The position numbers were made by a program, and so were the translations under genes. Shown piece by piece: positions 28,456 to 41,800 of a stretch of 64,000 nucleotides of DNA. The notes under the pieces were generated by a model. It was not told where the DNA came from and searched no databases. It saw nothing but the letters and a program-made list of their open reading frames with translations. Within the stretch, counting starts at the first letter, position 1. Every line of letters begins with the position of its first letter. Source of the DNA: a virus (lineage: Duplodnaviria > Caudoviricetes); the IMG/VR virus record IMGVR_UViG_3300035498_000530, positions 64,001 through 128,000 of that record; one strand, given 5' to 3'.

Positions 28456-28830
28456 ATGAAAGAGAAACAAAAATTTTATGTTTTAATAGATGATGATCAT
28501 GTTATTATAAATATATCAAAAAATAAGGATCTTATTTCTAGCTTGGTAAAAGAAGAGGAAGGTAAACGTTTACAAGAATGGAATATTGAAGAAGAAGATT
28601 ACTATTACCAGCCTGTATATTCTGAAACTTATACTGATAATAATTTGGAAGAAGAATATATCTACGGAGGTAAGATCTGTTCAACAAAGAAAGAAGCAAT
28701 AGAAGATTATCATCGATTATATACTAGCTATTATGAGAATGAAGATAATTCATGTGGATTCATTAATTTTATTTCTAAAGAAACTGATGGTGATGAATTA
28801 TATAAAGTCTTATATAGTGAATTTGTATAA
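28456..28830 (+). CDS. Hypothetical protein, family C (one domain)
   Basis: ISKNKDLI...EEDYYYQPVYSETY. Confidence 0.75.
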   Translation: MKEKQKFYVLIDDDHVIINISKNKDLISSLVKEEEGKRLQEWNIEEEDYYYQPVYSETYTDNNLEEEYIYGGKICSTKKEAIEDYHRLYTSYYENEDNSCGFINFISKETDGDELYKVLYSEFV

Positions 28831-28837
28831 ACAGAGT

Positions 28838-28863
28838 ACCCTAGTAGTATGAACTACTAGGGT
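28838..28863 (+). terminator. Intrinsic terminator (CCCTAGTAG family)
   Basis: ACCCTAGTAG-TATGAA-CTACTAGGGT plus T-tract; core identical to 9766-9789. Confidence 0.85.
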
Positions 28864-28943
28864 TTATTTTTTGTATAATAGTAATTTTATCAATATATTA
28901 TAACTATGTATTAAATATATTTATCTTAAGGAGGATAATAAAA

Positions 28944-29474
28944 ATGGAAAATGTAAAAGACCTTATAAAGGATATCCATGATAATTTAAAACAAGCTTCA
29001 GCTTCTTCTAAGGATGAAGTTAAAGTTATGAAAGCTATGCTTAATGACAAAGACTTTACTGTAGATATCTATGGTAAAGATGGTAAGGTTGGAGAATATA
29101 ATCCATCTTCAGAAGTAAGATCTGCTATTGGTGGTATCATTGCTTCAACAACTAAGATTACTAAGACAGAAGCAGAAGGAATGATTGGCAATTATGAATT
29201 TAAGAATTCAGAAGCTGAAGCATTCGTTAATCTGTCTAAGGAGTATGTAAATACTTATCTTGATACAGGTAGAAAACTTTCACTTGGTTCAAGAAAAGAA
29301 TCAGACATCTCTCTTCTTAGAAAGGAAGAGAAAGAAGGATATGTATCATATCCTAAGAAGATTGGTGAAAAAGATGGTGTTGCTATTTATGATAAAGGCA
29401 AGACATTTGTTCCGGCACATAAAGGCATCAAAGTTATTTCACCTTGTCCAGAACATTTAAGATCAGATAAGTAA
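28944..29474 (+). CDS. Putative HU/IHF-like DNA-binding protein
   Basis: Helical N-terminal half, then GRKLSLG and FVPAHKGIKV resembling the HU beta-arm; both promoter types upstream. Confidence 0.45.
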   Translation: MENVKDLIKDIHDNLKQASASSKDEVKVMKAMLNDKDFTVDIYGKDGKVGEYNPSSEVRSAIGGIIASTTKITKTEAEGMIGNYEFKNSEAEAFVNLSKEYVNTYLDTGRKLSLGSRKESDISLLRKEEKEGYVSYPKKIGEKDGVAIYDKGKTFVPAHKGIKVISPCPEHLRSDK

Positions 29475-29711
29475 TAAAAACAAAGGGTTTCCCCATAGGA
29501 TTACGGTCCTATGGGGAATTTTATTTTTTGTGGTAGTATTTTTATTTTTTCGCAAATTTAATGAAAGGAAATTTTATTTTATGATCTTCGAATTAAGGAC
29601 TGCACCACAAAAAATAATTTTGTCGTCATCTGTTAACAACTTAATTTAATCAGGAGAAATTTCCAATGATGAACATACGAAAATACGGCTAACTAAATTC
29701 ATACATCCATT
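29475..29711 (-). ncRNA. Candidate small RNA (~235 nt)
   Basis: Promoter AACT-ATTATA-TA (+1 at 29711); stem ~29521-34/29604-16 enclosing anti-SD UUUCCUUUCA; ends at bidirectional terminator 29489-29518. Confidence 0.55.
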
Positions 29712-29897
29712 ATATAATAGTTATGTTGTAATTTGTTTATTTTTTCAATTCTCAGAGTATTACCATAGGTATAATTAGAGCATTTCCATACATTTTATTA
29801 CTGCCAACATATTAGTAAATCACATATAAAAGGAGGATAGAATCCATTCTAGATAACTAATAAAATTATAAATATTGAAGAAAGGAGGACATATGAT

Positions 29898-32800
29898 ATG
29901 GCGTTGAAAAATGTTTCATCATATATCAAGAATTTAGGTAAATCTGTTAAATACGCTGCTGCAGATGAATTCGAGAAGAGAATGCCTGCGGCATCAGAAT
30001 TTGTGCAAACAAACCAAGAGTTGTTTCAAGAGATATATAAGTCTGCTTCAGACTTAAGAAAAACAGCTACACGTATTACTAGATCTATTCAGAAGTCTAA
30101 TGTATATGCTGCTGCTGATTCTGGTATCAAGAATGTTCTTGAAGATATCCAGACAGGTAAATTCTATAATAAAGAACGTGATGAAGATGTTGCTGCTAAA
30201 GTTCTTGGTCTTAATGCTGATGATTATTCATCTGATGAAGAATTCGATTGGGATTCAGATGATTTTGGTTCAGAAGGATCAAGCAGTAGTAGTAAAAGTT
30301 CAGGTGGTGCTGGTGTTAAAGTTGCAACTGGACTTAGTATTATGAGTGATACTACAAAAGCTGGTTCTACTATGGTATCAACTACTATAGCTAAAACTGG
30401 TATGGCTATTATTGACTCTAACAAAGCATCAACCAATTTATTATTCCAGCAGAATACTAGATTATTAAACAATCTTCATGCTAGCATATATAGTATGAGC
30501 AATGTTATTTCTGAGAATCTTGGAAATATGGGACAAGCATTTAATACTTATGCTGACAACAGCAAAATTTTCTATGAGAGTATGACTAAGAATACCAATG
30601 AAATCAAAGGTATGCTTGGTGAACTTCTTGAAATGGAAAGAAATAGATACGCTACAGAACAGGAGAAAGAGAAGAAAGGCAAAACTTCATATAGTGAAAT
30701 TGCTGGTGCTGAAGGTACTCCTGATCTTAAAGCTTATTTCGGTAGAGTTAAAGCTAATGCTAAAGGTATGGGTGGTATGTTCGAGATGCTTAATGCATTC
30801 GAAGGTAATGCTCTTGAATCTTTAGTATCATCACCACTCAAATTTATACCAGAAGCTGTTGTTAAAATGGCAGTCCCAGCTACAGTTGGATTTGCTATGG
30901 ATCAGCTTGATAAGACACTTAGCGGTGTATTTGGTAATATGATCAGCAAGTTCAATGAAATGGCTGCTGATGAAACAAGTGGTTTCCTTGCAAAGAACTT
31001 AGGAAAACTTCTTGGTATCAAGAATACCATTACTGAACTTAAGCCTACTAGAGTAGATGCTAATGCAGTTCCATTTGATAATGTAGTTAGAGAAGCAATT
31101 ATTACAGAAATCCCTACATATCTTAGAAAAATCTTGTCATATATTAGTGGCGAAGAAGAAATGATTTTCAATCGTGATTCTGGTTCTTTTGTAACTGGTA
31201 GACAGTTACAGGAAGAATTAGAGAATGTCGAAAAGAACGCAATATCTAGTGCATTTAGCGATTTCAATAGTGAACTCGATAATATGCTTAAAAAGATCAG
31301 ATTTGAATCTGGTGAATCTAGAGATAATTTCGACAAAACCAGAAAGAAAATTAATAAGTCACAATACCGACGTGGATTTGTTGGTAATATAAATAATATG
31401 GATTTTGAGAAAGCCATGGACTTATTCGGACTTGACTATAGTGACGAAGAGGCTTTCTATATCTATAAATCTTTATTTAAGAATGTTTCCAAGCAGAATA
31501 CAATGAAGCTTGCTGGAAATATTATGTCTGGTAGAGACAAGCAGAACCAAAGAATGCAAGACTTGCAGAACAGAGGTGTATATGGTGCTCTATCAAATAA
31601 TTCCAATGTAACGCAGTTTACTAAGGTAGACAAGTATGGTAATAACCTTTCTAAAGGTATAAAAGGATTAGCTTCAGGTAAAGATGCAGGTGGAGTATTA
31701 GGACTTGATAAGTATAATAATGATATATTCTATTATCTTAGATCATCAACTAATGAACTCATAAATCTTAGAAACGCAGTTACTATGATGATTAATGAGG
31801 GTTTAGTTGGAGGTGGAAGTTCTAAACGTAAAGGTGGAAAGAAGTACACATTTACTCCTGCTTCTGAAGACTTTAATATACAAAAGCAAAAGACTAAAGA
31901 TCCTACAAAGCTTAGTAAAGATCTTGAAAGAAAAGCTAAAGATAAATATACAGACGAAACTAAAGACTTAAAGAATAATAAAGACAAACGTAATAAGTTC
32001 GTTAATAATGGTGGAATTTTCTTAGGCGATAATTCAGATGCCGAGAATCTTGAAGCCAGAATAAAAGCTGTTCTTGATTATGACTTAGAGAAGATGGCTA
32101 AGGAAAATAAAAAGAAAGCTTTTAAGGATTATAAGGACGAATACAGAAATGATAATTTCATTGTAAAGCAAATCGATGAAATTATTCTCGATAGAGAAAA
32201 GAAAGCAAGAAAGGAAGACTTCAATGTTGAAGGTACTTCTAGAGACGCTAATAGAGATTCAGTTCCTAAGGATAAGAAAGATCTTCTTAAGATGGCTGGA
32301 GAAATTGTTAAGCAACCTTCAAAGTGGGTTGAGGATGTTTTAACAGCTACCGAGGGAAGAATATATAACTTATTCTTTGGTAAGCAACAGAAACTTGACG
32401 AAACTGGTAAACCAATTGAAGGCCTTGGTGAAAGAATTGCTTACGAATTCAGACAAGTTTGGAATAAAGTAAGTGAAACTTTCCAAGAGAAATTCATTGA
32501 TCCATTAAGAGAAAAACTGGGTTTAGATGAAGACGAATCCCTCTTCAGGGGAATCCTTCGCAAACTGGGACTTGAAGACGCTGTTTATGGCGAAGAAGGT
32601 ATCTGGACTCAAACAAAAGAGCAGCTTCAGGCTGCTGGTAAATGGGTTATGGATCAGCTTGAAGGTACATATAAAGATATCAAGAAAGTTATAGATCCTA
32701 ACGCAGATAAGAAGGGTGTCAGTGAAGAAACTCAGACAGCTACAACTGATGTAGAAAGTATCAAGAAAGAAATGGGTGATATTCAGGAGCAATATAATAC

Positions 32801-35800
32801 TGCAAATGAAACTATCATTAATTCTATTCATGATATGGCTGAGAATAATGCTGAAAGATTCCAGCAGTTAGTTGATGAACTCTATGATGGTGAAAATGGT
32901 GATCTTACTAAGGCTAAGAAAGCTCATAGTGCCGCTGTAACTGATATTAGTAAGTATGATAGTAAGACTATTGAAGCTCTTAAATCTAAGTATGCTGGTA
33001 CTGTAAAAGCTGGTAAGAATGGTAATGAAATCTTTGATTACAAGCAAATGATGGGTGCTTATAACTCATTATTATCTACAGACCAAAGTGATGAAGCAAA
33101 TGCTGTAAGACAGTGGTATTCTAATGTAATGGATACTAAGAAGCAAGTAAATATCCAGAAGAAGAATAAAGAAAATATGAAAAATCTTATGGATAATTAC
33201 CAAGCTTATCAGGCTTATGATGAAAAGGCTAATAATAGACGTAAGACTCTTGAGAATATTGAATCTTCTAAAGGTCTTAGACCAGAAGAAGCTGAAGAAC
33301 TTAAGAGACTTCAATCTCAGGCTTCTAAGAGCAAGGGATATGAAGCTGCTATAAGCAAACTTCGTTCTAATACTGATATTAGTTCTAAGATGGCTAAAGA
33401 ATCTGATGCTTTAAAGAATGACGATATCAAAGCTTTACTCGCTGAACTTCTTAAGTCAAGAAAGAAAGATGGTTCTTATGATGAGAATGCAATGAAGAAA
33501 TATCAGGATTCTGTAGAAAAGAACTCAAAGGCTCAAGAAGAAAAACTTGATAAAATCTTAGAGAATATTGATATTAATAAGAGCGGAATCAAGAATCAGA
33601 AGAAGAGATATAAGAGTGGTGCTATTGATAAGGAAACTTATGATAGTAGTGTTGAAGGTCTTAGAAAGCAGATAGATGATCTTACAGAGCAGTACAATAA
33701 TATGCTTAGTTCAAGCGGTGTAGCTGCGGTTAAGACAAAGAAAGATAAGAAAGCTGAATATGACAAGAAGTTAAAAGAACTTCAAGAAGCAGAAACTAAG
33801 AGAAAAATAGAAGCTAATATTGATAGAATCCAGAAAATGGGTGGAGAAGATTTCGAAAGATATGTTACTTCTATTAGAGCTATAAAGGGTTATGCTTCTA
33901 AAGTCGGTATAAAGTATGATGATAAAGACTTTGAGAATCCTGACTCTGCTCAGAGAGCAATTGAAAGAATTATCAAAGAATCTACTACAAAGATCGGCAA
34001 GAAGGGTATTACTCTTAATGATCATAATAAAGCTAAGCAAGTTGCTGAACAGGCTATATCTTCAAGAAATAATATAAAGCAAGATACTTCTGGTATTCAG
34101 AATATACTTGATGTACAGGGTATCTTTGAAAAGCTCGGTCTTAAAGATTCTGAAGAAGATGATGAAAAGACAGCAGAAAAGAAGAAATCTAATAGATCTT
34201 CATTAGCAGATCATATCTTTAATAATTTAGGTACGAATATAGCTGAAATCGGAGAGGACACTATATTCAACTTATTTAAAGGATTTAAGAAAGATGATTT
34301 CTTCACAGGTGAAGGTAAGAAAAAGAAGAAGCAAAAGGTTAATGGTTTTGATTGGGACTTTGTTAAAGATATTCAAGAGAAATTCAAACCTGCAGAGCCA
34401 GAATCACATGCAAATGGTGGTGTGATTGGTGGTAAAGTTCTTGCTACTCTCTCCAAAGGCGAAAGAGTTCAGTATGGTAATTCTAAATCTGTTGTAAAAG
34501 ATACGGGATTATATGCTCTTAAACCAGGCGGAGTAGTTCATCCTAATGCTGATAAGAATCAGAGAAATTCTAATCTTAAGAAAGAGAATAGTCTTATTTC
34601 TGCTATTAAGAGATATGCTTTCGGCGGTCCTATAGAAGATGATTCTATCAATAATGATAAGACTGATTCATTGCTTGAACAACAATTTGAGTTAGAAAGA
34701 GCTGCTAAGGAAGAAAAAGAAGAACGTAAGAAATTCAAATCCAAAGTCAATCCAGATGACACTCTTGTTGGTCAGACTATTGACACTGCTAGACAAGGTA
34801 TAGATGCTGTATTTAATGCTTTATTTGATCCAGGTGATGATAAGAGACTTAAAGAAGCATCAGCTGATGTTTTTGAAAATATCAGAGAATATGCTCCTAG
34901 TGGATTAGCTGGTGGTATTATTGGTGGTGGTATTGGTCTTCTTGTTGGTGGTCCATTACTTGCTGCTGCCGGTGGTGCTGCTATAGGTATTGCTAAGAGA
35001 TCTGATAAAGTTAAGAATTGGCTCTTTGGTGAAATTGGAGATGATGGAGAGCGTTCTGGTGGTGTTATCTCTAAAGACACACAACAGACTTTGAAGAAAT
35101 ATGTTCCAGATATTTCTAAATATGGTGTAACTGGTGCTATTGCTGGTTTATTAACTCCATTTGGTCCTGTTGGTGGTCTTATGATTGGTTCTGCTGTTGC
35201 ATGGGCTAAGAATAATGATGAAATAAGAAATTCACTCTTTGGAGATACAGATGGTCTTCTTAATAAAGAACGCCGTGAAAAAATTAAGAAAGCATTCCCT
35301 AATATTGCTCTTGCTACACTTGGTTTTGTAATTGGTGGTCCATTTGGTGGTATACTTCCTAATGCTGTACTTGGTGCTGGTTTAGGTTTGGTATCTACTA
35401 CAGATCAGTTTAAAGAAGCTATATTTGGTAAAGAAGATGAGAATGGTGAGAGGCAAGGTGGTCTTTTAGGTGTTCTTAAAGATAATGTAATTGAACCTCT
35501 TAAGGATTTCGCTGCAAATCTTAAAGATGATGTTACAGATTTCGTTATAGAGCATATGATAGATCCTTTGAAACAGGCTATTCAACCTATAGCAAAACAG
35601 GCTGCTGTTATTACAAAGACTGTATTTAGTTCTATGGGTAGAGCTATTGGTTGGATTTATGATAAGACCCTTGCAAGTCCTATAGGTGTTTTTGTTAAAG
35701 AAAAGATTATAGATCCAGCATCTAATATAGTAAAGAAATTATTCAATGCTGCTATAGCTCCTGCGAAATTTGTATTAAGTGCTCCTTCAAAAGCTATCGG

Positions 35801-38800
35801 ATTTATCGGTGATAAACTTAGAAATCGTCAGATTAATAAGGGTAATGCTGATTATATGACGGCTTCAGAGCGTCTTGAATACAGAGATAGGAAACCAAGA
35901 AGAAATAAAGGTCTCTTTGGAAAAGCTGATAAGTATGAACAAGTAGATCAGATGCTTGCTGATGCTGATGTTGAACAGCTTGAAAGTATCAAGAAGAATA
36001 TTGAATATTCTCAAATGGGTGATAAACAGCTTAAGAAGAAGCAAAGAGAATTTAAGAAAGATATATTCAATGATGTCAATGAATACTTTGATGATAAGCA
36101 TGAGTTTGCTATTGGTACGAAACAGAGAAGCAAACTTGTTAGACTTATTCAGAAAGGCGATTCTGCAAAGGCTATCAAATTACTTGGAACTTTCAAAGGT
36201 AAAGACGGTCAGAAGTTGGATAGAAGTGAAATTGAGAATCTTGTAGGTAAGTTTAAAGAATCTGGTAAAGCCATGAAAAACCTCAAAGCCAACAGAGAAA
36301 GTTGGGGACAGATGAGGAAAGAAGGTAAGCAGAATCTTAAAGCACTTGGTGTAAAAGACTTTAGTGGAGATTACCTTGATAAGCTTTTATCATATACTAA
36401 GACAGAACTCAAAGACAGAAAAGAGAATGGCGGAGTAGAAGAAGCTACAGGAAAAGGAACTTTGACAGGAAAGTTCTTTGAAGATGTAACTTCAAAGAAT
36501 ACAGATAGAGTTATAGAGTCTATTAATAACCTTACTGAGAAGATGGAATACTTCACAGAACATTGGGAAGAAGGTTATGTAGATTCTGGTAATAAGCTTG
36601 TTGATGCTAAGAATCGTGCTGCTCTTAAGAGATTTGATAAGATGAATATTAAAGCTGAAGATAAGCTTATGGGTAAACTCCAGAAGTATGAAGATACTGT
36701 AACTGAAGTTCTTAAGAATACAGTTGGATTGTCTGATAAAGAAATAGCAAGTCTTGATAGAGATGCTTTAACAAATGGTACATTGATTAAGTTTGTTAAA
36801 CCATTCATTCTTGATGGCACTGCTGCTCGTAATAAACCTATGATAACTTATCTTTTCTCTAAAGAAGGTAAGAAAATTCATGAGAATAAAACTAACTATG
36901 CTAGAGCTAAGGGTATGCTTAAGAAGGATGCTTATACTAGCGTTGGTGATCTTGAAAATGCTCTTAAACTTACAGACAATCAATTTAATAGATTCTATGG
37001 TATGATGGATAAAACCAATCTTTATGCTACAGATTCAAATAAAAAGATGAATGATGCATATGAAAAGAAGATTGGTAGAGCATTAACCAAAGAAGATAAG
37101 AGATCTAAAGACTATGATGAATTCACAAATAGATTTAGATCAGAACAGACTTATACTGATCTTGCTGGAAAGATAGCAATGAACAGAGACTACAATGGCG
37201 CTGCTGATGATTCTTGGAAGAAGTTTGGTAAAGACGTTCCTACTGTACCAAGAATGTTTGAGCATGCTGATCGTGCTGTAGAAGCTGCTGTTGTTAAACC
37301 AGTTAAAGGTATCGGTAAAGCATTAGGTGGTATTAGTAATGCGCTTTTTGGAAAGAAGAGTGAAGACAGAGGATCTATTGTATCTGGAGATCCTAAATTC
37401 TTCAAGAGACTTCAAGAAGCTGGTATTATTAAAGACTACAATGATCATAATGTTCATGAACTTCTTAACTTTAAGAAGAATAAGAAGAAATGGTTAAAGA
37501 AAGCTGATGCTGTTATCGGAGGTAAAATGTCTCTTGAAGATGCACTTAAGGGTGCTATTGAGAGAAAAGCTGAAGGTGGTATCATTGGTGATGAGACATA
37601 TGGTGTATTCTCTCCAGAAGATAAACCGTATGCAACAAAACAGAATATACAAGCTTTCCAAGATGGTATATTATCTCAGATTGCTAAATTTGATGATATT
37701 AAGAAATATGCTGAAGGTGGTACTGTCGAAGGTATTATCGAAGGAGCATCATCTGATGAAAAGAAATCAGATAAAGAGAAAACTGGTATTCTGAATGATT
37801 TGTTAAGTAAAGTCAAAGGATTTAATATTGGCGGAAAGAAGAAATCTTCTGAAGAAGAAAAAGAAAAGAAACCTAAAGCTAAATCTTATGTTCAGACTGT
37901 ATTTGACTCAATGGGTAGAGCTAAGAATTACTTCATAAAGAAACCTGCAGCAGATGATAAAGCTCCTGATGTAGATCTTATGAAAGATTCAGCTACTAAC
38001 GAGACTCTTAAAGAGGAAGAAGCAGAGCAGAACGAATCAAGAGGATTATTTAGCCGTCTTGGTGATAGACTTAGTGGTATCGGCGATTGGCTTAAAGCTG
38101 CTATATTACCAGAAGACGCTGAGGATAAATATGCTGGATTGAAGAGCTTCTTGCTTAAAGCATTCCTTGGTGCTACTGCACTTGGTGCTTTGCCTCACTT
38201 ATATAATCTTTACAAAGATAAAGTAGTTCCAGCTGTACAAGGCTTGTATCAGAATGTAATGGTTCCTTTCTATGAAGATAAGATTAAACCATTCTGGAAT
38301 GAACATGTTACACCATGGTTTAAAGAAAAAGTTGATACTGTTATAGATAAGCTTCACAATATTTGGGAAGGTATTAAAGCTGTACCAAGAACTATTTTAG
38401 ATTTCTTTAGTAATGGATTCCTTCCATGGTTTACAGGTAATAATGGTAATTCTGAATACGTAATGGTCGGCGATAAATTAAAACTTATGACATTCCCATA
38501 TATCATAAGAAAGAAAATTATCCCATATTATGTAGGTGGTTTCTCATTCCTTATTAAAAATGTAATACCTGCTGTATGGTCTGTGGCTAAACAGGTTCTT
38601 CCTGATATGCTTAATGCAGCATTCCAGGGATTTAGAAACCTTATGGCTATAGACTTGACAGATGTATTCTCTACAAAGAGTGCTAAGAAACATAGCACTA
38701 TGGATAAAGAGAATAATACAGAAAATCAAGGTAAAGCCGATGATAATGATAAATTATTCTATTTTGGAAATTTCTCTAAAGAATATGAAAGTGATTTCGG

Positions 38801-41800
38801 ATCATCATCTGATAAAACAAAAGTTCTTGAGAAGAATAAAAAGGGTAGTACATTATCATCTTCTAGTCTTTTTGATGATATCCATGCATCTGTAGATGTC
38901 AATAATAGTGGCGGAGGATCAACTAGTTATGATTCTAGCAGTTCTAGTTATGATTCTGGTGGTACTGGCTCTGGTGAAGGCGAAGGAGATACAGATTTTG
39001 TTCCAGAAGGAATGACTAAAGAAGAGTATGAGGCTGAAATTGCAGAAAATGCAAAGTTTAAGAAAGATACTCATAAAACTCTTGGTGGAACAATATTATA
39101 TGGCTTATTTAGAAACTTTATGACCGGCGGTTTGTATGGCGCTGGAGCTAGTAAAGTATTAAAGCCTGTTAGTAATCTTCTTGGAAAAATTCCTGGTGTT
39201 GGTACATTTGTATCTGGTGGTGTTAATAAGAGTCTTGATGCCTTCGATGCAGTTGGTAATGCTGGAAAGAAAACACAAGATAAAATAAAAGAATGGATTA
39301 CTGGTAAAGCTGAAAAGAATGTAGAAAAAGAAGCTGCTGAAGGAGCATCTAAAGAATCCGCTGAACAGGCTGCTAAAGAAGCCGCAGAAAAAGCTGCCAA
39401 AGAAGCAGAAGAAAAAGCTGCCAAAGAATCTGCTGAAAAAGCATCTAAAGAAGCCGCAGAAAAAGCTGCCAAAGAATATGCAGAAAAGACAGCCAAAGAA
39501 GCCGCAGGAAAAACTGCTAAAGAAGAGGCAGAGAGTGCTGCTAAAAAAGCATCAACAAAGGCGGCAAAGGAAGCTGCAGAGAAGGCTGCTGAAGCTAAAG
39601 CATTAGCTGGTGCTGGTAAAGAAGCTGCAGAGAAAGCTTCTGAAAATGCATTAAATGAATCTATAGAGTCTACTGCTAAATTAGCTTCTGAAAGAGTTAA
39701 AACTGCATATAGTAGAATGGATACATGGACATATGAATATTTTTCTAAGAATGGATATGGATTTAGCGATTATATACTTGCTAATGGATTGGCAGATAGT
39801 GATGAAAGAAATAAGATGTTTGCTAATCTTTATAGTAGTAGCGAAGATTTTAGAAATGCATTAGAAAAATCATATGGTGATGATGAAATTTTCAAAAACT
39901 ATATTGGTGATTTGAAAAATTCTGTATCTAAAAATTCTGATAAAGCTGTAAACAAAGTATCCAGCGAAGTTATAGATGATGCTGCTAAAAAAGCGTATGA
40001 TGATGTAATAAGTCAGAGCAAATCTTTACTCTCCGACACATTCAAAAATAGTGTTTCTGGAGATGCTGAGACAGCATTTGGTGATTATGTTCTTTCAAAT
40101 GGATTAGGTTCTACTCCAGAATCAAGAGCTAGTTTCTTTAATCTTTATAATAATAGTGAAGATTTTAGAAAGACATTAGAGAAGACATATGGAGATTCAA
40201 AATCATATAAAGATTTTATAGCACCATATGAAACTCATAGAGTCAAACTTCAAAATCAATTAGACGAAGTTGCAAAACAGAGAGAGATTATTAATGCAAC
40301 TAAAGAAAAAGCTCAAAAAGAAGTAGAATATCAGAGAATGAGAGAAGCAGCAGAAGCTGCAAAGAAAAAAGCAGAAGGTGCTGAAAAGTCAGTTTGGGGA
40401 GTATATAAAGAATCAGCTGAAGGAGCTGCTAAAGAAACAGCAGAAACTGCAGCTAAAGAAACAGCAGAAACTACAGCTAAAGAAACAGCCGAAGCTGCAG
40501 CTAAAGAAGCTGCTGAAGATATTGGAAAAAATAAAGGATTACTTGGTGCTGTTTCAGATAAAGTCAAAGGAAGTTTTGGTCAAATTGGTAAAGATATCAA
40601 AGGAAGTTTCACTCAAACATTTGAAGATATCAAGGGAATTGGAACTAAAACTAAAGGGGCTGCTGAGTCTGTACTTGGATTTGGAAAAGAAACAGCTGGA
40701 GCTATAGGAGAAGCAGGATCAGAGTTTGGAAGATCTATTAAAGGTGCTGCTAGCGATGTAGCAGGAGATGTTACAAGAATAGGCCAATCTGTTAAAGAAT
40801 TTGGAACTGGTGCTAAAAATACCGTTGAAGCTTTCGGTAAAGCTGTAAAAGGTAATAATGCTGTAGGTGAAGCCACATATGCAGCTAGACAAAAGTTAAG
40901 AGAGATAGATCCCAATCTACTTAAGAGTCTTAATGGTGATGAACTTAAAGATGCTATAACTTTAATGAACCAAAGAGATGTCGAGAAACTTACTGAGCTT
41001 GTTGAAAGTAAAGGACTTAGCGTATCTAAGGATAATCTTTCTAATATAATGACTAAAGGTAATACTATAGATAAACTTTGGACTAGCAAAAGATTCGATA
41101 AGAATGCTTCTAAACTTAATAATATTATTACTAATATGGAAGAAGGACAATCATCTGATCTTATGTCATCTATTTATGGTGCATTTAAAGATGATAAAGA
41201 GGGACTTTCAAAGATATTGAAAGATAGTGGATTAGATGATAAATCAGCTGGTATTATTTTAAATGCTCAAGAATCAAAAGTTACAAAGAAACTTGGCCAA
41301 GGATTTGGTACTCAATCTGCGAAAGGAGATCTCTTAGAGAGTGTAATGACTAATTTAAGAGATGATCCTGATACCCTTAAAGAAATCCTTGGTAATAGTG
41401 GTCTTGATGATAAGCAAATAAATAAAATTCTTGATACAAGATCAATTACTCAGAAAGCTAAAGATGCTGTAACTGGTGGCATAGAAACTATTGGCAATAA
41501 GGCTAAATCTGGTGCTGAGTTTGTAGGAAACAAAGTTAAAGGTGGAGCTGAATGGGTTGGCAATAAGGCTAAATCTGGTGCTGAGTTTGTAGGAAACAAA
41601 GTTAAAGGTGGAGCTGAATGGGTTGGCAATAAGGCTAAATCTGGTGCTGAGTTTGTAGGAAACAAAGTTAAAGGTGGAGCTGAATGGGTTGGCAATAAGG
41701 CTAAAGACGGATTGTCAATTGTAAAAGATCAGTTAGAAACAATTGGTACTAATATTAAAAGTGCTCTTGAACCTGTAAGTAAAACTGTAAAAGAAGCTTT

